A stretch of 21,713 bases of DNA from the IMG/VR virus record IMGVR_UViG_3300048080_000657; one strand, given 5' to 3'. The translations under genes were made by a program, and so were the position numbers. Below the pieces are notes generated by a model, which was not told where the DNA came from, searched no databases, and was given only the letters and a program-made list of their open reading frames with translations. Position 1 is the stretch's first letter. Each line of letters begins with the position of its first letter. Source of the stretch: a virus. Below, in pieces: positions 1 through 6,933 of the stretch.

Positions 1-333
1 GCCGGAGACGCCACTGTAGCCCGACACGCCCGAGTAGCCCGAGGTCCCCGAGACGCCGGAGAATCCGCTCACCCCCGAGTAGCCGCTGACTCCCGAGAAC
101 CCGCTGATCCCGGAGAAGCCGGAGGCTCCAGGGTTTGCCCCCGAATATCCGGAGACCCCCGAGTAGCCCGACGTCCCGGACACGCCCGAGTAGCCGGAGA
201 CGCCACTGTAGCCCGACACGCCCGAGTAGCCCGAGGTCCCCGAGACGCCGGAGAAACCGCTCACCCCCGAGTAGCCGCTGACTCCCGAGAACCCGCTGAT
301 CCCGGAGAAGCCCGAGGCTCCAGGGTTTTCCCC
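1..333. repeat. 192-bp (64-codon) near-identical tandem duplication inside the fibre gene
   Basis: 1-141 matches 193-333 with about 3 substitutions. Each unit has a G-[A/E]-N-P-G break in the SGX triplet register. Confidence 0.85.
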
Positions 334-939
334 GGAGAATCCGGAAACTCCCGAGTAGCCGGATGTTCCCGAAGCACCGGAGTAGCCGGAGACACCCGAG
401 TAACCCGAAGTCCCTGACGCGCCCGAGTAGCCGGACACTCCTGAGTAGCCAGAGGTCCCCGAGACGCCGGAGAAACCGCTCACCCCCGAGTAGCCCGAGG
501 TCCCGGCGCCACCCGTGCCCGAGTAGCCAGACACGCCCGAGAAACCCGAGGCTCCGGCACTACCCGTGCCCGAGTAGCCCGACACCCCCGAGAAACCTGA
601 GGCCCCGGTGCCACCTGCGCCGGAATATCCACTCACCCCCGAGTAGCCCGAGGCCCCGGCACCCCCCGTGCCGGAGTAGCCCGAGATCCCGGAAAACCCG
701 GACGCACTGCCCCCTCCGCCTCCCGAGAACCCGCTGATCCCGGAGAAGCCGGAGGCTCCCGGGCCGCCGCCTCCTCCGCCTGGCGCTGCGGGGACACCTC
801 CGCCCCCTCCGCCTCCGGGCAGGGTGGCCCGGAGCTCGATCGCGCAAAGATCGCGGAGGCGCACGGCGTCATCCGGATCCCGTGGTTGGCCGACGCGGCG
901 GACGCGGCCGCCTTTCATGTCCTTGTCGAGGTTGCTCAT
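1..939 (-). CDS. Gly/Ser-rich (S-G-X)n repeat fibre/spike protein, 3' end runs off the window
   Basis: Not in the ORF track because it is truncated. ATG at 939 reads MSNLDKDMKGGRVRRVGQPRDPDDAVRLRDLCAIELRATLPGGGGGGGVPAAPGGGGGGPGASGFSGISGFSG..., then SGY/SGF/SGV/SGT triplets towards position 1. The N-terminus resembles the 'MxGxRIxxVxxPxxxxDAV' motif of phage fibres. Confidence 0.85.
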   Translation of the reverse strand, partial: MSNLDKDMKGGRVRRVGQPRDPDDAVRLRDLCAIELRATLPGGGGGGGVPAAPGGGGGGPGASGFSGISGFSGGGGGSASGFSGISGYSGTGGAGASGYSGVSGYSGAGGTGASGFSGVSGYSGTGSAGASGFSGVSGYSGTGGAGTSGYSGVSGFSGVSGTSGYSGVSGYSGASGTSGYSGVSGYSGASGTSGYSGVSGFSGENPGASGFSGISGFSGVSGYSGVSGFSGVSGTSGYSGVSGYSGVSGYSGVSGTSGYSGVSGYSGANPGASGFSGISGFSGVSGYSGVSGFSGVSGTSGYSGVSGYSGVSG

Positions 940-1085
940 CTGGACAGTTTGCGTACCTGCTTCCGCAAGTCCTGGATCGCGTTGACCAGAAAAAAGACGA
1001 TCGGCGTCGGGTCGATCTTGAGGATATCCGTCTCCGCCCCCTCAGGATAGAGTTTATCGCGACTGAGCGTTTCTGTCTCCGCCAA
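936..1085 (-). other. 49-aa ORF or remnant resembling the C-terminal part of an S74-type intramolecular chaperone domain
   Basis: TTG at 1085 gives (M)AETETLSRDKLYPEGAETDILKIDPTPIVFFLVNAIQDLRKQVRKLSR*. The stop overlaps the ATG of the fibre gene (ATGA). No clear RBS. Confidence 0.5.
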
Positions 1086-1626
1086 AGAGGATGAGAAGGA
1101 GCGCGATCGCGCCCAGGCCGATGAGCGGGATGAGGAGGATCAGGTCCGGCGCGTCTGCGGGACGGGCGGTGCCCATGCGGCCTCCGGAGACAGCCCCCGA
1201 CGTGCCTAGATCCGGCACGCCGCCCGTGTGCCTCCTGATCCTTGATGCCGCCTCCGAGAGGAGCCCCTCGGCCCGCCGTAGCTTGCTGAGGCCCTGGAGC
1301 GTCAAGTCGACGGGCCTTCCCTTCGCAGCTGCATGCTCGAGAGCGTCAAGCACCCGGTCCATGGCGCCGGCCTCAAGCATCGCTGAGAGTTCGATCGCGA
1401 TCGTCTCGACGCCGGCGGCGCTGGCAAGGTCACGGTCGGAGTCCACGAACTCGACGAGCCGGGCCTCCCCGTCCATGACGGACCGGCAGAGGCGCATGAG
1501 ATCGATCGCCGTTCGTTCATCGAACCTCTGGAGGTCCGGGGGCGGCCGAAAACCGAGCGCGAGGGCCTTGGCGGCCGCGGAATCGCCGCCCCCCTTCTGG
1601 CCCGGGAAAGGCAGAACTTGTCCCAT
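1054..1626 (-). CDS. Hypothetical membrane-anchored protein (C-terminal TM helix)
   Basis: 190 aa, helical, with C-terminal LILLIPLIGLGAIALLLILF. AAGG-like RBS upstream. Co-oriented in the structural operon. Confidence 0.75.
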   Translation of the reverse strand: MGQVLPFPGQKGGGDSAAAKALALGFRPPPDLQRFDERTAIDLMRLCRSVMDGEARLVEFVDSDRDLASAAGVETIAIELSAMLEAGAMDRVLDALEHAAAKGRPVDLTLQGLSKLRRAEGLLSEAASRIRRHTGGVPDLGTSGAVSGGRMGTARPADAPDLILLIPLIGLGAIALLLILFGGDRNAQSR

Positions 1627-1659
1627 GTAGTACCTTTACAAATTAGCCGTGGAGAGTCG

Positions 1660-2037
1660 TCACGCCAAGATGTCTCCGTATACGCAGATGTCAGCCGAGG
1701 CGGCCGCTCCCTGCGCCGTCGTCAGCGAAAAGTAAAGCGTCGACTCGGTCCGGACGTCCGTTCCGAGGATCGCGGCAAGCGTGAGATCCAGGAACTTTGA
1801 TGACGCGGTCAGAAACGTGTAGCCCTGGGTAGCGGCGACGATAACCGTCCCACCCTTTGACGCAGCCGTGTAGAAGCCTCCCACAGCTGTCGTCAGGCTG
1901 ATGGACGCATTCCCAACAACGATCCGACGGACGACATACCGGGCGTACGGAACGGCGATGGCCTGATCGCCGGTCGTGTTCATGTTCGCGCCGATGAAGG
2001 AACCCAGAAGGATTCCGGATCCGGGTTGATAAGTCAT
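1660..2037 (-). CDS. Beta-rich virion structural/decoration-like protein
   Basis: ATG at 2037 overlaps the upstream TGA (TGATG). The ANMNTTGDQ...NASISLTTAVGGFYTAASKGG...ADICVYG pattern is typical of small phage structural proteins (recognised from memory, not searched). Confidence 0.75.
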   Translation of the reverse strand: MTYQPGSGILLGSFIGANMNTTGDQAIAVPYARYVVRRIVVGNASISLTTAVGGFYTAASKGGTVIVAATQGYTFLTASSKFLDLTLAAILGTDVRTESTLYFSLTTAQGAAASADICVYGDILA

Positions 2038-2387
2038 CAGAGTATCCACCACTGCGTGCCGTCGCTGATGATCGTGAACGACGCGTAGAGCACCGAGAGG
2101 ACCTGCGTCAGGAGGCCGTCAATAGTCTCCGCACCGGCCGCGTCGATGGTCACGATGCTCAAGGTGTTGACCTTCTTGATCGTGTACATCTTGTTGACTG
2201 CGGTCGCCGCTGCGGGCAGGTTGACCGTTATCGCATTCAACAACGTGTCGCAGAGGACGACGACGTCGTCCAGGTCAAGCGTGACCGCGACTGCGGTCAC
2301 CGTCCGGGTGGACTGGATCCTTGCGGGGCGATATTCGATCTGGCCGCCACCCCCGTCAATCCTGTCGATGGCCTCGTATTCGCCCAC
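2037..2387 (-). CDS. Small fibre/spike-associated beta-sandwich protein
   Basis: Contains the D..AITVNLPAA...YTIKK...VTIDAAGAETIDG...Y.S.TIISDGTQWWI signature common in phage fibre modules. GTG start overlaps the upstream TAG. Confidence 0.8.
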   Translation of the reverse strand: MGEYEAIDRIDGGGGQIEYRPARIQSTRTVTAVAVTLDLDDVVVLCDTLLNAITVNLPAAATAVNKMYTIKKVNTLSIVTIDAAGAETIDGLLTQVLSVLYASFTIISDGTQWWIL

Positions 2388-3232
2388 TATGCTCTCCTGA
2401 AGTCGAAACGGCCCGCGTTTTCGACGATCGCGATGGTTCCGCCGAACGTGTCGGCACCGTCCGCCCCCAGGCGATCGAGGGCGAGATTGATCTTGTCTGC
2501 CGCCGCCATGAGCGCCGCGGAGAGCGTGAAACTCATCTGGTCCATCCGTTTGTCGGTTCCGATGACCGCAACCGTCTGCAGCAGTGTCTCATCGGCGGCC
2601 TTGCTCGTCAACTCGCCGTTGGCGATGTACCGGCAGGTGAGGCGCATCCGGACGTTTCCGTCCGCGGCGGCCGTGAACACAAAATAAGGAATCTGGATGT
2701 CCGGGTTCACCGTCAGGTCGATGTTCCGAGGGATGAGGAACGTGGTGACGACGCCCCTCGTGACTCCATCGATGAGATTGAACCCGAAGACGTTGTCTTC
2801 GGAGACGCGGCTTGGGCTGGGCGGCGGCGATGCAACCCACTCGACGGGATCCGAGACATTGGCGGTGCCGGAGAAACCGCTCACGCCAGAGATTCCGCTG
2901 TAGCCGGACGTCCCTGATGCGCCGGAGTAGCCAGAGACGCCACTGTAACCAGAGACCCCCGAGAAGCCCGAGGCTCCCGAGGCGCCGGAGTAGCCAGAGA
3001 TCCCGGAAAACCCGGATGCGCCGCCTGGCGCTCCGGAAATGCCGGAGTAGCCGGATAAGCCGGGGGCGCCGGGGGTGCCGCCGCCGCCCGAGAACGGGAA
3101 GCCAGCTACCCGGAGTTCCGGGCAGAGGAGCCGTGCGAGTTCGCAGAGGTCTCCGAGGCTGACGGGGTCGCCGGCCCATAGAGTTTTTCCCTGCTGCGTC
3201 TTGACGGAGCCGTCGGGCCGGATCGTCGCCAT
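2387..3232 (-). CDS. Spike/fibre protein with (SGX)n stalk and C-terminal beta-rich domain
   Basis: 281 aa: N-terminal GDPVSLGDLC motif, about 65 aa of SGY/SGF/SGI repeats, then a beta-strand-rich C-terminal domain. Paralogous in layout to the 939..<1 gene. Confidence 0.85.
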   Translation of the reverse strand: MATIRPDGSVKTQQGKTLWAGDPVSLGDLCELARLLCPELRVAGFPFSGGGGTPGAPGLSGYSGISGAPGGASGFSGISGYSGASGASGFSGVSGYSGVSGYSGASGTSGYSGISGVSGFSGTANVSDPVEWVASPPPSPSRVSEDNVFGFNLIDGVTRGVVTTFLIPRNIDLTVNPDIQIPYFVFTAAADGNVRMRLTCRYIANGELTSKAADETLLQTVAVIGTDKRMDQMSFTLSAALMAAADKINLALDRLGADGADTFGGTIAIVENAGRFDFRRA

Positions 3233-3268
3233 CTTCTATTCGGATGCTGGAGCTTCAATCAAGGGCCT

Positions 3269-3670
3269 CTATGTAACTGGGAGCCCCGTTCCGCAGAGAT
3301 CGAAGATCGTCTGGGCCGAGCCCCCCGTATTCGTCGGCGTGATCCGCATGAAGTTTCCTGAGGGAAGGTGCCTCGCGGAGATCCTCTGGAGCGCCCCGGC
3401 TGCCACGGACGTGAGCGTCACGACCGTGACGTACGTCCCATCGCTTTCACAGGCTTCCTCGATGAGCACCGAGAACGGCTGATCCGAGATTCCCAGGAAG
3501 TTGACGGCGGAGTATCCGGCCACCTTCCTGCCGAGAGCCGCGGGCAACGGCGGCACGGGAGACGGCTGTGCCGGGATGACGATCGACGCGGCAGGCGCAA
3601 GGAGCGTGTTCACCGGAAGGACGAAAAGAGCTTCCGTCAGTTGCCGGCTCGGGACCGCGCTCTTGCCCAT
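3269..3670 (-). CDS. Small beta-rich structural protein (penton/minor capsid candidate)
   Basis: 133 aa with alternating hydrophobic beta-strand pattern. AAGGGA RBS. Lies between the capsid candidates and the spikes. Confidence 0.7.
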   Translation of the reverse strand: MGKSAVPSRQLTEALFVLPVNTLLAPAASIVIPAQPSPVPPLPAALGRKVAGYSAVNFLGISDQPFSVLIEEACESDGTYVTVVTLTSVAAGALQRISARHLPSGNFMRITPTNTGGSAQTIFDLCGTGLPVT

Positions 3671-3682
3671 GATTCCCTTTCG

Positions 3683-4258
3683 CTAGCAGCACGCCCACAT
3701 GCGGGCATGCAGGTGGAAGACCGCCTCGCTCGTCGGGTCGTGATTCACCGCATACAGGCTGAATCCTGCCTTGGGCGGCGTCACGATGTGCTCCGTGTTG
3801 ATGAAAAGGCCCGGGCCGCCTTCCGGCTCGAAGGGCAGGCACCATTCTCCGAACGATCCGAGATTGACCTTCTTGAACTCCGCCCCTCCGGATTCCGAGG
3901 CGGTGAGATTCTCCGGCAGGAGCCGGAGCTTCTCCACCACGAGCGCACGGTTCAGGGGGGCGCAGATCGAGATGGCCCTCGTCTCGGAGGGCTTGATCGT
4001 GCCGTCGGTATTGAAGGTCGCCGGCGGCACCACGATGTCACGGTCCACCACGGCGACGGGGTCGCAGACTCCCGGCCGGCTCGCGCAAAGCGGCTCGAGT
4101 GCGCCGAGAAGGTCGGCGATGCAGATCAGGTCGTCGAGGAGGGGAGACTTGTTTCTGACCCGGGTGACATTATCGGGAAGCTGCCCCGTGCAGCAGTACT
4201 TGATGTAATCCGCGAGCGTCATCCCGCAGATGCTCCCGTGGACGAGCTCGCCTGCCAT
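3683..4258 (-). CDS. Cys-rich beta-rich structural protein (second/minor capsid candidate)
   Basis: 191 aa, 10 Cys, GGAG RBS, beta-rich C-terminal half. First gene after the terminator. Confidence 0.75.
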   Translation of the reverse strand: MAGELVHGSICGMTLADYIKYCCTGQLPDNVTRVRNKSPLLDDLICIADLLGALEPLCASRPGVCDPVAVVDRDIVVPPATFNTDGTIKPSETRAISICAPLNRALVVEKLRLLPENLTASESGGAEFKKVNLGSFGEWCLPFEPEGGPGLFINTEHIVTPPKAGFSLYAVNHDPTSEAVFHLHARMWACC

Positions 4259-4273
4259 CGTTCGGTGCTCCGG

Positions 4274-4320
4274 AAAAAAGCCGCCGGAGGGGGGACGCTT
4301 GCGCGTCCCCCCTCGGCAGC
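4274..4320 (-). terminator. Intrinsic (rho-independent) terminator
   Basis: 12-bp perfect stem (4287-4298 / 4303-4314) with a GCAA (GNRA) loop on the minus strand, an extended imperfect stem, then UUUUUU (A-run at 4274-4279). Confidence 0.85.
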
Positions 4321-4347
4321 GATATGTCTACCGGACTGGCCGGGGAC

Positions 4348-5067
4348 CTACGAGCTCACGCCCGAGGCCGGGCCGAAGCTGACCGACGCCGCGGGCACCG
4401 CGGGCGAAACGGCCGGCTGCATGGCCGCGCCGAAGCTCGGCGGGCAGGGGTACGTGACCGGGTACGCCTGCTGCTGGGCATCGAGCGCTCCCACCCCGAA
4501 GAGGCAGCCCTGCCGCGCCTTCGTGGTGTAGTTGGCCAAAACCGCGCCGGTGTTGATGCGGATCGCTCCCGCGCCGGCCGGGACTCCCGTGATGGTCGCC
4601 TGGATGCGCGTGCCGTTGGGCAGGAAGAACATCTGGCACCCGCCGAGGAGCTCATCCTCGCCCTCGCCCAGGATGATCCGGATGTCCGCGACCGTGGTGG
4701 AGTTCGGGCTCGGCTGCACCGCGATCTGGCACGCCGGGCAGAGCAGGTGCTTCTCGATCGCGCTGTCGTTGACGACCTTCTCGCCGTCGATGGAGAAGGT
4801 GAAGCGCGCGAGGAAGAAGAGGCCCGCGTAGTCGAGGCTGACCGCGGTCAGGAGCTTCACGAACGGCAGGACGAACATCTTGGCATCGCAGACGGCGGAC
4901 GACGTCGTGGTGTCGAGGCTGGTCACGTTGAGCGCCGTCCCGCCCGACGTGAGGCCCGTGTCGACGACGAGCGACTGCTCGACGTCCGCGCGCCCCTCAC
5001 ACCGCATCGCGAAAGCGTTGCACGCGATGGGGTTGATCAGGGCCGCGTATTCCGGAGGCCTGAACAT
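4348..5067 (-). CDS. Candidate major capsid protein (beta-rich, possibly jelly-roll; not recognisably HK97)
   Basis: 239 aa, beta-strand-rich. Very strong RBS (GAAGGAGAAACATATG), followed by a terminator and preceded by a membrane protein gene. The capsid function is inferred from expression signals and context only. Confidence 0.6.
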   Translation of the reverse strand: MFRPPEYAALINPIACNAFAMRCEGRADVEQSLVVDTGLTSGGTALNVTSLDTTTSSAVCDAKMFVLPFVKLLTAVSLDYAGLFFLARFTFSIDGEKVVNDSAIEKHLLCPACQIAVQPSPNSTTVADIRIILGEGEDELLGGCQMFFLPNGTRIQATITGVPAGAGAIRINTGAVLANYTTKARQGCLFGVGALDAQQQAYPVTYPCPPSFGAAMQPAVSPAVPAASVSFGPASGVSS

Positions 5068-5216
5068 ATGTTTCTCCTTCGTTCCGTTCCCTTGTCGTAC
5101 GACCTACTGCACATTTACCGCCACTTCCACTGCATGCGCCCGGGTGCGTCACCGTCCGCCCCGAAGGCACCGCCTGCCTCCTCCCCCAGACGGGCCGGTG
5201 ACGCGGCCCCCGTGCG

Positions 5217-5876
5217 CTATGATGCGCGGGGAACCGCAACTACGCGCGGCGCCGGCTGCCCCTGCGGGCGGATCCTGGCCTGGATGTCGGCGAGCTTCTG
5301 CCGCGCTGCGAAGGCCGCGTCCGCACCCTGCCGGGGTGCGCCCGCGCCTCCCCTGAGCGCCGGCTTGCCCATGCCGACCTGGTCCAGGAGCCAGTCCACC
5401 ACGGCCCCGCCGAGGAACACCGCGCCCGGAAGGGCGACGCCCATCGTGAGCGAGTTCCTCTTGGCGAGGAGGGGGACCAGGCCGACACCGAAGGCGATCG
5501 CCTCGTGGGCGAGCCTCGAGTCGGTCTTGATGATGTCCGGCGTCACGCGTACGAGCGCGCGGCCGCCGGCGATGCCCAGGCCGATCCCGGTCAAGGCATC
5601 GGAGGTCTTGAGCTGCTCGGGCAGGCCGAGCCTCTGGCCCAGCGCCCAGCTTCCTCCCGACGAGGAGAAGCGGGACGCGTACCAGGGCCGGTATCCGCCG
5701 AACATCCCGGGCCTGTACCCGCCGGGCCGGTAGCCCTGGCGGGAAAGGGACCCCTTGTGGGCCCCGCCGGCCATGCCAGCGGCCTTGAGCTTCTTCTCGA
5801 TCGTCTCCCCGAGGTCGATCGTGACGTTGCCTTTGCCCGCGTCGCGGCCGGCGCCCTTCTGCGGCTTCTTGGTCAT
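5217..5876 (-). CDS. Basic N-terminal, multi-hydrophobic-segment membrane protein (putative virion membrane/core protein)
   Basis: 219 aa. AAGGAGG RBS. K/R/G-rich N-terminus with GYRP repeats, then Gly-rich hydrophobic segments. Confidence 0.8.
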   Translation of the reverse strand: MTKKPQKGAGRDAGKGNVTIDLGETIEKKLKAAGMAGGAHKGSLSRQGYRPGGYRPGMFGGYRPWYASRFSSSGGSWALGQRLGLPEQLKTSDALTGIGLGIAGGRALVRVTPDIIKTDSRLAHEAIAFGVGLVPLLAKRNSLTMGVALPGAVFLGGAVVDWLLDQVGMGKPALRGGAGAPRQGADAAFAARQKLADIQARIRPQGQPAPRVVAVPRAS

Positions 5877-5934
5877 TCCTGTGCCTCCTTAGAAAAGTGC
5901 CGGTCGGACGACGGGCCCGACCGCGCGTTTCGAC

Positions 5935-6180
5935 TCATTCACTCCGTCCCATGAGGATCCCGGTGGCCGCCGCGACCACCGCGACGACCGCGAGCCCGCC
6001 CCAGAAGGACGACCCGCCGGGTCCCACCTGCCCGAGCCCCGGACCCCGCTCCGAAAGGAACGTCCCGCGCCCCGCGGCGCCGTGGACCCTTCCGGCGAGG
6101 AACGGCCGCCGCCCGGATACCATGACCGGGACCGGCCTTCCGAGCTCGATGAGTTCCTCCGCCCCGAGCGTGCATCTCAT
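5935..6180 (-). CDS. Small C-terminally anchored membrane protein (81 aa)
   Basis: ATG at 6180 overlaps the upstream TGA (ATGA), with GGAGGT RBS. Reads MRCTLGAEELIELGRPVPVMVSGRRPFLAG...GPGLGQ...FWGGLAVVAVVAAATGILMGRSE. This is the 3' part of track ORF 5935..6594. Confidence 0.75.
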   Translation of the reverse strand: MRCTLGAEELIELGRPVPVMVSGRRPFLAGRVHGAAGRGTFLSERGPGLGQVGPGGSSFWGGLAVVAVVAAATGILMGRSE

Positions 6181-6914
6181 AGCGGCACCTCCACCTCCTC
6201 GTAAGCCTCGAAGGTCGAGACGTCGCCGAGCTTGTATCCCGGCTCGGTCAGGTCGGAGTCGTACCAGTTCCCGTCCGCCCAGACGCGCCCCCATACGTGG
6301 TGGAGCGTCCCATCGTTCCCTCCGAAGCGGAAGCGCACGGGCGTGATGTCCAGGCAGCAGCACATCGAAAGCATGAGGCAGACCGCTTCGTCGCAATCGC
6401 CGATGTAGGCCGGCGGCGGCGAGTAGCTCCCGCGGTAGAACGACGGCTCCGCCTCTTCCATGGCTGCGTAAAACGGTTCCATGATGTGTGCAAGGACTTC
6501 CCTGGCCATCCGCGTCGCCTTGGCCATCCGCCGGGGTGTCTGGATCACCTCCACGTTCGGCGGATCGTTCACGTAGCAGAAGTGGTGGCGGCACCAGATG
6601 TCGATGCCCTCGAGCATGATCGTCTTGTTGTTGTGCGCCGAGATCGGGTTCCCTTCGCGCGCCGACATTTCCTCGACGAACTTTGCATAGTGAACGGCCG
6701 CGAGGCGCGCGGTGTCGATGACGAGGGAATCCTTCCGCGCGTCCTGGACGTATTTCACCATCCGGCCGATCTGGAACCGGATGCCGTCGAACGTGTCGGG
6801 GAGCGCCGTGCGCCGCACCTCGCCGTCCACAGGCGACGGCGCCGACATGGCGTGCGCGCCTGCCCTTCCCGGGGCGCCCCGGAGGACATACCTCCGGCCC
6901 TGGTCGATGTTCAT
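6177..6914 (-). CDS. Transglutaminase-like superfamily cysteine enzyme (putative virion maturation protease)
   Basis: YVNDP...IQTP motif, catalytic GDCDE (Cys), HHVW (His) and WYDSD (Asp) in the order typical of the transglutaminase-like fold. Confidence 0.85.
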   Translation of the reverse strand: MNIDQGRRYVLRGAPGRAGAHAMSAPSPVDGEVRRTALPDTFDGIRFQIGRMVKYVQDARKDSLVIDTARLAAVHYAKFVEEMSAREGNPISAHNNKTIMLEGIDIWCRHHFCYVNDPPNVEVIQTPRRMAKATRMAREVLAHIMEPFYAAMEEAEPSFYRGSYSPPPAYIGDCDEAVCLMLSMCCCLDITPVRFRFGGNDGTLHHVWGRVWADGNWYDSDLTEPGYKLGDVSTFEAYEEVEVPL

Positions 6915-6933
6915 CCTTGCTGCTGCTCTCCGG

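Noticed and set aside
363-737. Arg/Ser/Pro-rich plus-strand ORF resembling a protamine-like protein
   Set aside because: Reverse-strand artefact of the SGX repeat.
1-780. Short repeated DNA units (cccgagtagcc etc.) resembling a CRISPR array or satellite
   Set aside because: They are codons of the SGX protein repeat on the minus strand, with no unique spacers and no cas genes.
5115-5219. Stop-codon read-through from the 219-aa gene into the capsid gene, stimulated by the hairpin after TAG
   Set aside because: The read-through frame hits TAA about 34 codons later, before the capsid start.
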